Source: an uncultured delta proteobacterium (GTDB taxonomy: Bacteria; Desulfobacterota; BSN033; UBA1163). From it: 64,000 bases of DNA. A model generated the notes under the pieces. The model did no database searches and had not been told where the DNA came from. It was given only the letters and a program-made list of their open reading frames with translations. The stretch spans positions 1,120,001 through 1,184,000 of the forward strand of contig CAWHBU010000003.1 in the NCBI GenBank assembly GCA_963827685.1. Reading direction: 5' to 3'. Shown here one piece after another: positions 1-9,167 of the stretch (the stretch's first letter is position 1; every line of letters starts with the position of its first letter). A program made the position numbers and the translations under genes.

Positions 1-1
1 C

Positions 2-421
2 GCTCCATTAAACGATCTGGTCGGGAAAATGCTCGATGCCTGCCCTTCCATTCGCTGTATGCGGGACCCCACACGCGGCGGTCTGGCCACAACCCTCAAC
101 GAGATTGCATCGATGTCCAATGTGGGGATGGTGATTGAAGAAGAAAAGGTTCCTGTACGAGAATCGGTCAAGGGAATCTCTGAGCTCTTGGGTTTGGACC
201 CGCTCTATCTTGCTAATGAAGGGAAATTGATCGCCATCTGCCCACCCAACGAAGAAAAGCGGTTGTTGGAGATAATGAAAAGCCACCCCCTCGGCAGAAA
301 CGCGGAAATCATTGGAAGAGTGACTGAGGAAAATCGAAAGAGAGTGACTCTCCACACATTGATCGGTGGCCACCGAATTCTGGATATGTTATCCGGTGGT
401 CAGTACCCGAGGATCTGCTAA
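2..421 (+). CDS. hypE: Hydrogenase maturation protein HypE, C-terminal part (5' end outside window)
   Basis: Motifs MRDPTRGGLATTLNE, DPLYLANEGK and C-terminal PRIC. Confidence 0.93.
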   Translation, partial: APLNDLVGKMLDACPSIRCMRDPTRGGLATTLNEIASMSNVGMVIEEEKVPVRESVKGISELLGLDPLYLANEGKLIAICPPNEEKRLLEIMKSHPLGRNAEIIGRVTEENRKRVTLHTLIGGHRILDMLSGGQYPRIC

Positions 422-505
422 CACTCAATTCGTTGCAGCGTTGAGTTTCGACATCGATCGATAGAACCAGTTATGAGAGGTGATCCAAATCCCGATTTAG
501 GATAC

Positions 506-652
506 GGTCTTTGCGAGCGAAGCGAAGCAATCTCGCTTTTCGCGATGAGATTGCCACGCCTGCGTGCCGGAACGTTTGGCTGCACATATCTGCTTCATAA
601 AGACAAGCACTTCGGCGTGCAGGCACGCACCTTTCAGGTGCTCGCAATGACG
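506..652. repeat. REP-like palindromic intergenic repeat with a nested CCTGCGTGCC...GGCGTGCAGGCACG repeat
   Basis: GCGAAGCAATCTC/GAGATTGCC...CGCAATGAC arms; related arms at 15250-15348; the inner motif recurs at 27665-27710. Confidence 0.6.
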
Positions 653-775
653 GATTGAGAAAGGGCTTCCCTTTTCTAAATCGGAATTTGGGGGTGATGC
701 TTCACCTGACAGGCAATGTCAAATATAACATTAACTCCTTCCTGAAGTAAAGTATGCACGATTTGGGGTGCTGTC

Positions 776-1597
776 CTAATTTGCCCTCTCAATTAAATCC
801 CTGATAGACCAAAGTTCCTTTGTCACGCCTGCCGCCATTGCTGGGCTTATCCTCAATGTGCTATGAATCCTCACAAAATTGTAATGGGTGAAATGAAGGG
901 CCACAGCCGCTTTCAGGTTTTCAAGCTTCTTGCTAAAGGCATTGGTTAAACGGGTAAACCGTCGCATTTGCATCCTGACAGTTAGGTTCTGCCTTTCCAC
1001 AAACGAAGTACAAATCTTATTCAAATTCGGATTTCCCGTAATATACTCTTTTAGGACGGAAACGACCCTTGGAGGACTGTATCTACCCGGCCCAATGGGT
1101 TCAGCCTCATAGGACTTTACGATCTGCCCATAATCAATGTCTGCACCAAAGACCGCTTCAACAGCTTCCACATAAGCTTTTAGCTTATCAGAACTTAATT
1201 GAATCCGATTGCTAAGACGGGATGATAAATCAGAAATAAAAGCCTGAGCGGTAGGCAGATCACGTTTTCCAACCCTATAAGTAGGGATTAATTTTGTTTC
1301 TGAATCAAGGGCAATGAAGGTGTAAAAATCGCCCACCTTATCAGGATCGTCATTTAAACCGACGTGGCGCTGTTTCTTTCCCACAAATGACCAGACTTCA
1401 TCAACTTCAATGTCCTTACAGGTTAAATTACGCATGGAGGTATCCATGATCTTTTCACAGGTATTGCCAACAGTAACCATAAGGCGCATGATAGTATCTT
1501 GATGAACTCCTGTCATTCGCTCAATAGAACGAATCGAAGACCCTTCAACTAACCCTCCAATGACCATCTCTTGTTTTTCGGTTTTTAAAATATTCAT
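776..1597 (-). CDS. IS1-family DDE transposase
   Basis: N-terminal HTH (GSSIRSIERMTGV), EVDEVWSFVGKK, ERQNLTVRMQMRRFTRLTNAFSKK; stop codon lies inside the TIR. Confidence 0.88.
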   Translation of the reverse strand: MNILKTEKQEMVIGGLVEGSSIRSIERMTGVHQDTIMRLMVTVGNTCEKIMDTSMRNLTCKDIEVDEVWSFVGKKQRHVGLNDDPDKVGDFYTFIALDSETKLIPTYRVGKRDLPTAQAFISDLSSRLSNRIQLSSDKLKAYVEAVEAVFGADIDYGQIVKSYEAEPIGPGRYSPPRVVSVLKEYITGNPNLNKICTSFVERQNLTVRMQMRRFTRLTNAFSKKLENLKAAVALHFTHYNFVRIHSTLRISPAMAAGVTKELWSIRDLIERAN

Positions 1598-1631
1598 TGC
1601 AATCCTCCCAAGAATTTGATATAAACCAACA

Positions 1632-1702
1632 TGGAGCGCAGGGGACTTGAACCCCTAACATCCGGGTGTAAATCCCAGTGTTGGCTGCCCATTCCGCGCC
1701 CC
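1632..1702 (-). ncRNA. tRNA-like element with intact acceptor, T and anticodon arms and a degenerate D arm
   Basis: GGGGCGC/GCGCTCC-A acceptor, AGGGG-TTCAAGT-CCCCT T arm, CTGGG-ATTTACA-CCCGG anticodon arm; no encoded CCA. Confidence 0.65.
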
Positions 1703-1777
1703 ACGAAGTTTTTGGGGAACAGGTTGCATAAAAGCCTATTCCCCTTTTATTTTGTCTTGTTATTTCAATCATGTAAG

Positions 1778-1808
1778 ATATTATAATAAATTTATTATAA
1801 TATGTCAA
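1778..1808 (-). promoter_or_regulatory. Consensus sigma70 promoter overlapped by a 26-bp perfect palindrome (putative operator)
   Basis: Minus strand TTGACA-17 bp-TATAAT (1808-1780); ATATTATAATAAATTTATTATAATAT at 1778-1803. Confidence 0.7.
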
Positions 1809-1849
1809 GAAAAAAATGCTTGCAAATATAATTTTTTTATTATATCTTT

Positions 1850-2227
1850 ATGAAGGAATGGACATTCAAGGTATTTATTGACGAAAACGGAGATTGCGAT
1901 TTTCTTATATGGAGAAAAGAGCTCTCCCCGAAAGCGCGTAAAAGAATGGATCAAATAATCGATCACATGGAAATTACAAAAGACTGGACTCAGACGGCTT
2001 ATTTTAGGCCATTAACGGGTTACCCCGGAATATGTGAAATCCGATTTATTGTATCAAACATACAGTATAGACCCTTAGGATGTCGTGGACCAGACCCAGG
2101 AATGTTTACTTTACTGGTTGGGGCAAAAGAACAGGGTGATGAATTTATACCAAAAGGTGCTCTGGATTTAGCTACCAGAAGACGTGCAATGGTTCTTACG
2201 GATAGGAGATATATCGATGACTATTAG
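1850..2227 (+). CDS. RelE/HigB (Gp49-like) type II toxin
   Basis: 125 aa; RPLTGYPGICEIRF...QYRPL pattern; toxin-first order overlapping an HTH gene. Confidence 0.7.
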   Translation: MKEWTFKVFIDENGDCDFLIWRKELSPKARKRMDQIIDHMEITKDWTQTAYFRPLTGYPGICEIRFIVSNIQYRPLGCRGPDPGMFTLLVGAKEQGDEFIPKGALDLATRRRAMVLTDRRYIDDY

Positions 2228-2849
2228 CGATAAACGTAAAAAAAGACTTTTTGAAGAATTGAAGAATAAAGAAGAGAGAGATGCTTATCTGTCATCCAGT
2301 GTTGATGTGGGCGTGGCTTTTCAGATCCGAGCACTACGAGAACAAAGAAACTGGAATCAAACAAAATTAGCCGACGAAGCGAAGATGCAACAAGAGAGAA
2401 TATCAACGCTTGAAAACCCAAGCCACTCTCCTACCTTAGCAACACTTAAAAAATTAGCCAGCGCATTTGATGTTGGGTTGATTGTTAGATTTGCTCCTAT
2501 AAGCGAATTAGTTAAATATGAATTAAATCTACACTCAAAGTCACTGGAAGTTCCAAGTTTTGAAGAAGAGGAATATTTTAAAGAAAAGCCAATATATGAA
2601 TCATCCAAAATTTTCCTGACTGCTAATATACAGGGGACAAGCCACACTCCTACTGTAGAAGCAACACTCTTGAAAGATCATTATTCCAAAGATGCCAGCG
2701 ACCAACCGGGTTCCAAAGATGTTTATTCTCAGTACATGGGGCGACCAAAGGTTGCCCAGATCTCTGATTACTTCCGCAAAAAAAAGCCTGAATCTGAGAA
2801 TGAGGAAAAGAGTTCTATCCAAGATAAGATATCAAATGTTGGAGGATAG
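2217..2849 (+). CDS. XRE-family HTH antitoxin (HigA-like) with a long C-terminal extension
   Basis: IRALREQRNWNQTKLADEAKMQQERISTLENP HTH; start chosen at the ATG overlapping the toxin end. Confidence 0.78.
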   Translation: MTISDKRKKRLFEELKNKEERDAYLSSSVDVGVAFQIRALREQRNWNQTKLADEAKMQQERISTLENPSHSPTLATLKKLASAFDVGLIVRFAPISELVKYELNLHSKSLEVPSFEEEEYFKEKPIYESSKIFLTANIQGTSHTPTVEATLLKDHYSKDASDQPGSKDVYSQYMGRPKVAQISDYFRKKKPESENEEKSSIQDKISNVGG

Positions 2850-2851
2850 CC

Positions 2852-3508
2852 ATGAAGTTATTATCCGTTAATCTTGCAAGAACTATTTTATTGGGTCCTA
2901 TGTCAGATATAAACCCACGGGGGGCAAGTCTTAATTCTATTTTATTCCCATTTTTGGTGAATACATACAAGTTTAAGAAAGTACCTTCTTTAACAGAAAT
3001 TCCCGATTTGTCGAAGGGGGTAAAGTTTGAACTCGGAGATTTTGATATTGGGGGTGATTATCCAATTGTTGTGAATCTCACCTTTTATAACGATGGTGTA
3101 ATTGCAGATAGCGGTTCATCTACTAATCATACCGATGCCTTTTTGGAAGACATGTATGCTAAGTTTTCCGAACTTTTCAAAATGCCTCCGCCTGAATCCA
3201 TAATAAGAAAAAGAGTCTACTTGAGCCAACTCTATGTATCTACGGATAGATCTTTAGAAATAATTAATCCAAAAATAAAACTGATCTCACAATATTTGTC
3301 TGAAACTGTTGAGGAAGGAAACGAACTTTTCGAGCTTGGCGGAATATCTTTTTGGCCCGATCAAATAAGTAAGGTTCCTCCTGCTCCATTTAGGTTTGAA
3401 AGGAAAATTGGTGCGCCTTTTTCCGAAAATAGATACTATTCGGTGGCTCCGCTTTCAACAGATAAACATCTTGAATTGCTTGATAAATTGGAGAGCATCC
3501 TATCTTAA
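2852..3508 (+). CDS. Hypothetical protein, third gene of the TA operon
   Basis: 218-aa ORF with GGAGG RBS, 2 nt after the antitoxin stop. Confidence 0.75.
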   Translation: MKLLSVNLARTILLGPMSDINPRGASLNSILFPFLVNTYKFKKVPSLTEIPDLSKGVKFELGDFDIGGDYPIVVNLTFYNDGVIADSGSSTNHTDAFLEDMYAKFSELFKMPPPESIIRKRVYLSQLYVSTDRSLEIINPKIKLISQYLSETVEEGNELFELGGISFWPDQISKVPPAPFRFERKIGAPFSENRYYSVAPLSTDKHLELLDKLESILS

Positions 3509-3528
3509 AACAAAATAAAAGCAAAACC

Positions 3529-3822
3529 GCAGAAACCTCCATTAAAGCACTAACAAAGGCTATTCTCGATCTCCACGGCTGTAAGGCAACGTGGATTAAA
3601 TCTACCCCAGTTAAAGAAGTATTTGAGGGCGAAACCGTTTGGGAAGGGGTTGTTCAGGTATTCGAGATTGACCACCCCAAATCTAAGCTTTGTTATGCGT
3701 GGTCTTATGGGTTGGATAAATCAAAGAAGAGGCGATTCTTTACGGTGCTGCATCAAGGGGTTGTTGATTCACCAGAAAAAGCGGTAAGGGCAGCGATTAT
3801 GAAAGAAGTAAAGTCGTCTTGA
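3529..3822 (+). pseudogene. About 97-aa open frame with no canonical start codon (hypothetical protein)
   Basis: AETSIKALTKAILDLHGCKATWIKSTPVKEVFEGETVWEGVVQVF...AVRAAIMKEVKSS*; in-frame stop at 3484-3486 and no ATG/GTG/TTG near the 5' end. Confidence 0.55.
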
Positions 3823-4487
3823 CAGTCCGTATAAGGCTTGATAGAATAAGACACTCTAATTAGCTTAGAATGATTCTTAATAGGTGAAGAAATCCGATGG
3901 CGGTCGGATTTCTTCTATTTTCATGATTTGGGATACTTCTAAATCATATCATAGGAGTATGCCCAAATGCAAGCCCTTTTTTATAATGAACAAAAAATAA
4001 GAGCAGGTAATTGTATGACTTTTGCACGAGTCCCATGTGAAACAAAAGGTAAAATTGATAAAGCTGGTAAGATTCTTGTGGAAGGAAATGGAAATTATGA
4101 TGAAGAATCTTTCGCTAAGGCAATAGATTTGGTTAATAGTTGGAGAGCTTGTCATGCTTATCCAATAAATACCTTTCAAGCTACACTTAGGGTAAAGCTG
4201 AAAAGTGGATTATATGGACGTAACCCAATAGCTGCACAAAGATTAAAACGAATGCCAACCATCATTGATAAGCTTCGACAATACCCTGCTATGCAACTAA
4301 CAACCATGCAGGATATCGGTGGGCTTAGGGCTATTCTTGATACGGTCAAGAATGTTTATAAATTGGCACAAGATTATCGAGATAATAAGGGACTCTTGCA
4401 TGAATTAGTTCAGGAGAAGGATTATATTGAGAACGCACGAGATGAAGATGGATATAGAAGTTTACACATGATTTATAAATACAAGAA

Positions 4488-5815
4488 CAGTGCTGTCCGG
4501 TTAAGAATTGAATAAAGACAATTGGTTACAGAAATCGGGTTTTTTAATATCATCAAAAAAACCTGAAAGCACCTGATAAATGGGGTTTTTCTCGAATAAA
4601 GTGATGCTCAAGATTTGCAGGATTTCGTTGAGACTTCGGTCGAGTTTCAATTCTTTCTTGATAATAGCGGGGAGAACATAAATACTTATTGCAATCCAGA
4701 TTTGGGTTTTCACTGCATTCTCGGAGGTTCCATAAAAGGATTTGATTCGAAGGTGCTGTTTGATCCACTTGAAGAAGAGTTCCACCTGCCAGCGGCATTT
4801 GTACAGTTGGGTAATGGTCAGAGGGTTGAGCATAAAATTGTTTGTCAGGAATACGAATCGTTTGGACGTTACGATATCGAAATAGCTGATCCGGCGAAGG
4901 GGATCGGGATATTCCTGGGAGGTCTTTGGGCCATTGAGAAGAATCGTTTGATCGCTTCGGAGTCCCGTGGTTTTGTCGACGAGGCGGTAGCTTCGACGAG
5001 TGCAATCGAGATTTCTCTTGGCGCGAATGATAAAGAAGGCTGAATGGAGGGCGAACACATACAGGCGGGCAAAATCGATATAGCCGCGATCCATAATGTA
5101 AAAAGAGCCAGGCTCTAAGATCAATTGGTCGAGGAGATTGACGTCGTGAACATTGCCTTCGGTAACGCGGATAAAGCAGGGGATACTGCCATGGAGGTCC
5201 ATCAGCGTATGGAGTTTGATGGCGCCTTTGCGTTTGCGAAAATGGGCCCAAGGAAAAAGCGAGAGACAGAGATCGATCGTCGTCGAATCGAAGGCATAGG
5301 CGGCTTGATCCAAGAGCACGCCGAAATCTTCTTTGGCATACAGGTACCTTGCTCTTCGGATCAGCACTTGAGCAAAATCGGCGTAGATCCGCCAGTCTCT
5401 GTTTTCGTTGGCTTCGGCCAGGGTGCTTCGAGCGACTTTGCTCCGAATCCCTACATGGTAGAGTTTGGACTGCAAGGCGCGCAAGCACGTTTCGGTCTCG
5501 CGAAGACTTTCTCGGTAAGTAAGCTGGGCGAAGGCCATGCAGAGAAATTGATCGAAACAGGAAAATCTTCGGACTCGGTAATTGCCTTGGTATCTTCGCA
5601 CACACTTGTTGAATTCGTGTTTGGGCAGAAAGTTTATGAGTTGTGAAAAGATCATTCGTCCACAGTGCATTGACCATTCCTTTCCACTCTGAGATGGAAG
5701 TATTATGGCCAATAAAAGCAGACGATCTGAAATCGAAAACGGTCATTGTTATGTTTATCCTATTAACATTGTTTAACATTGTCAGTTTTTAAAAATCCTT
5801 AACCGGACAGTACTG
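4488..5815 (-). mobile_element. IS4-family insertion sequence, 1328 bp
   Basis: 18-bp TIRs with one mismatch (CAGTGCTGTCCGGTTAAG / CTTAACCGGACAGTACTG); 9-bp TSD ATACAAGAA at 4479-4487 and 5816-5824. Confidence 0.95.
4501..5670 (-). CDS. IS4-family transposase (DUF4372 N-terminus plus DDE)
   Basis: DSTTIDL, MDRGYID, YKCRWQVELFFKWIKQHL (YREK-like motif). Confidence 0.93.
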   Translation of the reverse strand: MHCGRMIFSQLINFLPKHEFNKCVRRYQGNYRVRRFSCFDQFLCMAFAQLTYRESLRETETCLRALQSKLYHVGIRSKVARSTLAEANENRDWRIYADFAQVLIRRARYLYAKEDFGVLLDQAAYAFDSTTIDLCLSLFPWAHFRKRKGAIKLHTLMDLHGSIPCFIRVTEGNVHDVNLLDQLILEPGSFYIMDRGYIDFARLYVFALHSAFFIIRAKRNLDCTRRSYRLVDKTTGLRSDQTILLNGPKTSQEYPDPLRRISYFDIVTSKRFVFLTNNFMLNPLTITQLYKCRWQVELFFKWIKQHLRIKSFYGTSENAVKTQIWIAISIYVLPAIIKKELKLDRSLNEILQILSITLFEKNPIYQVLSGFFDDIKKPDFCNQLSLFNS

Positions 5816-6545
5816 ATACAAGAATAAGAAAGTACCCCAATATAATGGTCTACGATTAGAGCTTCAGATTCGTACAAAAAAACAACATGCATGGGCTACC
5901 GCAGTGGAAACAATGGGGACCTTCTTAGGGCAAGCATTGAAGTCTCGGCAAGGGGATCGAGAATGGATCAATTTCTTTGCGGTTACTTCAGCGGCTTTTG
6001 CACATCTGGAAAGAAGTCCCTTAATAGCTCGTTATAGCCACTTATCTCGTAAAGAAACTTTTTCAGCAGTTGCAGAAGCAGAGGCAAACTTAGGTGCATT
6101 TGAGAAGATGGGTGCGTTTTCTGCTGCCGCTGATCAAATAGTAAAGCATAAACATGAAAAAAAGTGGTTTTATCATCTGATTGAGTTAAACTCCTTAGAG
6201 AAAACAGTTAACGTCACACCATACGACCGTGATAGTTTTGAACAAGCCTTGAAGGATTACGCAGAGCTTGAAGCAGAAGCGGCTAAAGGCAAGAAGATCG
6301 AGCCAGTTTTGGTTTCGGCTGGCCCGATAGATAAACTTCAGCAGGCATATCCTAACTTCTTTCTTGATATCACTGAATTTATAAGTATTGTTAATGGAAT
6401 TGTTGCAGAAGGCAGAAACAAATAAAAGACTACAATTTCTTCAATCTCCCCGTATCACCAAGCTGACTTATTGCTTCCGAAATCAAATTAGGACAGCACC
6501 CGATTTGGTAATCAAACGAGATCTGCCCAGCACAGGAGAATATAG

Positions 6546-8156
6546 ATGATCGACAGAAGAAAGCGGTATGTCAGACCGCAATTGGCATTGGAAAATATCG
6601 TCACCTTGAAGGGCAAGCGGCTGGCGTTCGACAGCGTCGCCGAGATGCTGACGGTTCGTGCCCGGGAAATCCAGGATGCTGTCCACGTCCTTTTCTGCGA
6701 CGAGGTCGTTACCTACGCCCAGACCAACGAACGTGCCAACAAGGTTGCCCATTACCTCAAGGAGAAAGGCGTCGTTAAGGGAGACATCGTATCGGTTATG
6801 GTTCTGAACTCTCCCGAAATCTACTATACCATGTTTGGAGCACAAAAGCTGGGAGCCATCGCCGGCGCCATCAACTACATGTTGAAGGGCCCCGAAATTG
6901 CCTATGTCCTGGAAGACTCCAAACCGAAGGTGGCATTCGTGGGCAGCGAATACATGGAGGAGTTTGCCAGAGGTTGGAAGCTATCGTCCCACAAGCCAAT
7001 CGTCGTGGAGGTTGTAACGGGAATAGATCACGGGGCTAACATCGCCACGGGGAAACTGAAGGAGATCATCGACAAATATCCGACCGCCGAATGTCTGGTG
7101 CCGCAGGCGCCGGAGGATCCTTTCCTTCTCCTGTATTCCTCGGGCACGACAGGGATGCCCAAAGGCATCCTCCTTTCCAACAAGAACCAATTAACCATAT
7201 GCAAGGACAGGGCTTCCATGGGCGTGAATAAACCCGGAGACGTAATGATGATCATCCTCCCCATGTTCCACACGAATCCCCTGTGCGTGCAGACGTACCC
7301 GCTCAGCTACCAGGGTCTTACGCTTTGCATCCGAAAAACCTTCTCTCCGGCCGACTTCTGGCCATCCATCATTCGGTACGGGGTCACCATCGTCCAGGGC
7401 GTTCCCGCCATGTATGCCTACATCTATAACGCCGTGGACCCCAAGGCCATCGAGTATGACAAGCTGAAGCTGAGGTTTGCCTTTTCCGGCGCCGCCCCCA
7501 TGCCACCGGAGTTGATCGACGCTTTCAAAGAAAAATTCAATGTCCAGGTGATTGACGGGTATGGCCTTACCGAGGCCTGCGGGGTCACGACATCGAGCTT
7601 GGGCATGCCGGAGAACCGGGCATCGATCGGCATTGCTTACCCAAGTTTGCAGGTCGAGATCATGGACGATGACAATCATATCATGCCTTATGGCGAGCGG
7701 GGAGAGATCTGCATCAAGGGTGATGCCGTGATGATTGGCTACCTGAACAAACCGGAGGCCACCGTTGAGGCCATTAAGGATGGCTGGCTCCACACCGGTG
7801 ATATCGGTTACATGAATGAAAACGGATGTGTCTTCATTTCCGGTCGCAAAAAAGAGATGATTAACCGTGGCGGAGAAAACATTTATCCCCGGGAAATCGA
7901 GATTCCCCTGGAAAATCATCCGAAGATTGCGGAAGTTGCTGTCATCGGGGCGCCGGACCCGGCGCTGGGTGAACGTGTGCGGGCATGTATCATCCTGAAA
8001 GACGCCTGCACCATGAGCGAAGATGAAGTCAAGGAATATCTGCAAGACAAGCTCGCCAAATACAAGCTCCCCGAGTTCGTGGAATTCATGAAGATTTTCC
8101 CTCGCAACCCGACCGGCAAAATTCTGAAGCACGAATTAAGGAAGATGTTCGGATAG
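6546..8156 (+). CDS. Acyl-CoA synthetase / long-chain fatty acid-CoA ligase
   Basis: YSSGTTGMPKG, GYGLTE, WLHTGDIG, NPTGKILK adenylation motifs. Confidence 0.92.
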   Translation: MIDRRKRYVRPQLALENIVTLKGKRLAFDSVAEMLTVRAREIQDAVHVLFCDEVVTYAQTNERANKVAHYLKEKGVVKGDIVSVMVLNSPEIYYTMFGAQKLGAIAGAINYMLKGPEIAYVLEDSKPKVAFVGSEYMEEFARGWKLSSHKPIVVEVVTGIDHGANIATGKLKEIIDKYPTAECLVPQAPEDPFLLLYSSGTTGMPKGILLSNKNQLTICKDRASMGVNKPGDVMMIILPMFHTNPLCVQTYPLSYQGLTLCIRKTFSPADFWPSIIRYGVTIVQGVPAMYAYIYNAVDPKAIEYDKLKLRFAFSGAAPMPPELIDAFKEKFNVQVIDGYGLTEACGVTTSSLGMPENRASIGIAYPSLQVEIMDDDNHIMPYGERGEICIKGDAVMIGYLNKPEATVEAIKDGWLHTGDIGYMNENGCVFISGRKKEMINRGGENIYPREIEIPLENHPKIAEVAVIGAPDPALGERVRACIILKDACTMSEDEVKEYLQDKLAKYKLPEFVEFMKIFPRNPTGKILKHELRKMFG

Positions 8157-8219
8157 ACATAACAAGATCGTATTATAGGGGGGACGTAAAGCAGGATATC
8201 AGCTAGGTTTGGTTGCCTA

Positions 8220-9110
8220 TTATAGTAATAGGTGAAACGGATCAGACCTTTCCCCCCTTCCCGAAAGATAATTTAAAGGCAGAGGCCTGCGGACGACCTT
8301 CCGCTTGTCCGGGATGGGGAGGGAAAAATCGAAAACAATTTTAAAGAAGGTTCGAATGATTTCAAAAGTGGCTCCCCAGAGGATTTCTTCTTCTCCATCC
8401 TCCTTGTGAATGAAACATGGAAACTCCCAGGGGTTGGGAATTCCCTGAGCGATAAGGTTCCCAGGCACCTCCATGGAACAAACCGCATAGCTCGTCGGGT
8501 GGAAAAATTTTTCTAAGGGAATGGAAATGACTTTTTCCACCTCCCAACTGAGCTTAGGTATCCAGCCATGTTTCACCCTACCGACCATAGGGAAAATAAC
8601 CCATGACCGGTGATGAAGACGATAGGTTGGCAAAGGACCCAGGAATTCTACATTGAACGGACTCAGGCGCAATTCCTCCCAGCTCTCCCGTAGCGCATTA
8701 CCTAATAAAAAAAGAATTTTCCCATAGATTGCTTTTCCCCGACGTTTGGCCTGCGCGAAACCTAGCCCGCGGAACCCGGGCAAGAGTCCGAACCGAAGGA
8801 GTTTTCCCGACAGAGAATCTAATAACGGATGAATTCCACCGCCTGGAGCACAGAGATCGCCGGGCTGCTGGACATTCTTGGATCGTTTATTGAGGAGAAG
8901 GACGTAATGGCCAGAAGTATTCCCTTCCGGGTCTCGGCCTTCACGGAAATAGAGCGGCAGGAGAATCCCTCCCCCCGCCCAGGTCCTCTGATTTTTCCTA
9001 TGCTTGTCGATGAATTCGAACTGGCCTAGGTAGTCCACAGGCTCCCGTGACAGGGCCTCGATCACATGAGACCGAAATCGCTCTCGATCATTGAGAAGAG
9101 AAAGGTCCAT
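8220..9110 (-). CDS. NUDIX hydrolase (CoA pyrophosphatase-like)
   Basis: QPGDLCAPGG...ALRESWEEL, ILWGAT. Confidence 0.8.
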   Translation of the reverse strand: MDLSLLNDRERFRSHVIEALSREPVDYLGQFEFIDKHRKNQRTWAGGGILLPLYFREGRDPEGNTSGHYVLLLNKRSKNVQQPGDLCAPGGGIHPLLDSLSGKLLRFGLLPGFRGLGFAQAKRRGKAIYGKILFLLGNALRESWEELRLSPFNVEFLGPLPTYRLHHRSWVIFPMVGRVKHGWIPKLSWEVEKVISIPLEKFFHPTSYAVCSMEVPGNLIAQGIPNPWEFPCFIHKEDGEEEILWGATFEIIRTFFKIVFDFSLPIPDKRKVVRRPLPLNYLSGRGERSDPFHLLL

Positions 9111-9167
9111 GAAAAAAAAGGATATTGGAAAGAGGGGGGGAAAGTCAACCGATGGATTAAAGTCTTC

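Larger units (their letters stand above)
4015..6425 (+). pseudogene. RelA/SpoT nucleotidyltransferase-domain protein interrupted by IS4
   Basis: RLKRMPTIIDKL, MQDIGGLR and GYRSLH before the IS; LELQIRTKKQHAWATAVE after it; the frame rejoins when the IS and one TSD copy are removed. Confidence 0.88.
767..6500 (-). mobile_element. IS1-family cargo-carrying transposon (5734 bp including a nested IS4)
   Basis: Perfect 17-bp TIRs GGTGCTGTCCTAATTTG (767-783) and CAAATTAGGACAGCACC (6484-6500); 8-bp TSD CGATTTGG at 759-766 and 6501-6508; AT-rich interior. Confidence 0.93.

Noticed and set aside
1632-1702. Canonical functional tRNA or integration att site
   Set aside because: The D arm and U8/A14-type positions are missing, and it lies inside the TIRs rather than at a boundary; kept as tRNA-like.
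4553-5779. 408-aa alternate-frame ORF in the IS4
   Set aside because: It fully overlaps the recognisable transposase, has Arg/Ser/Pro-rich shadow composition and no motifs.
7191-8132. 313-aa antisense ORF (also 32461-33297 and similar)
   Set aside because: Antisense shadows of well-supported genes.
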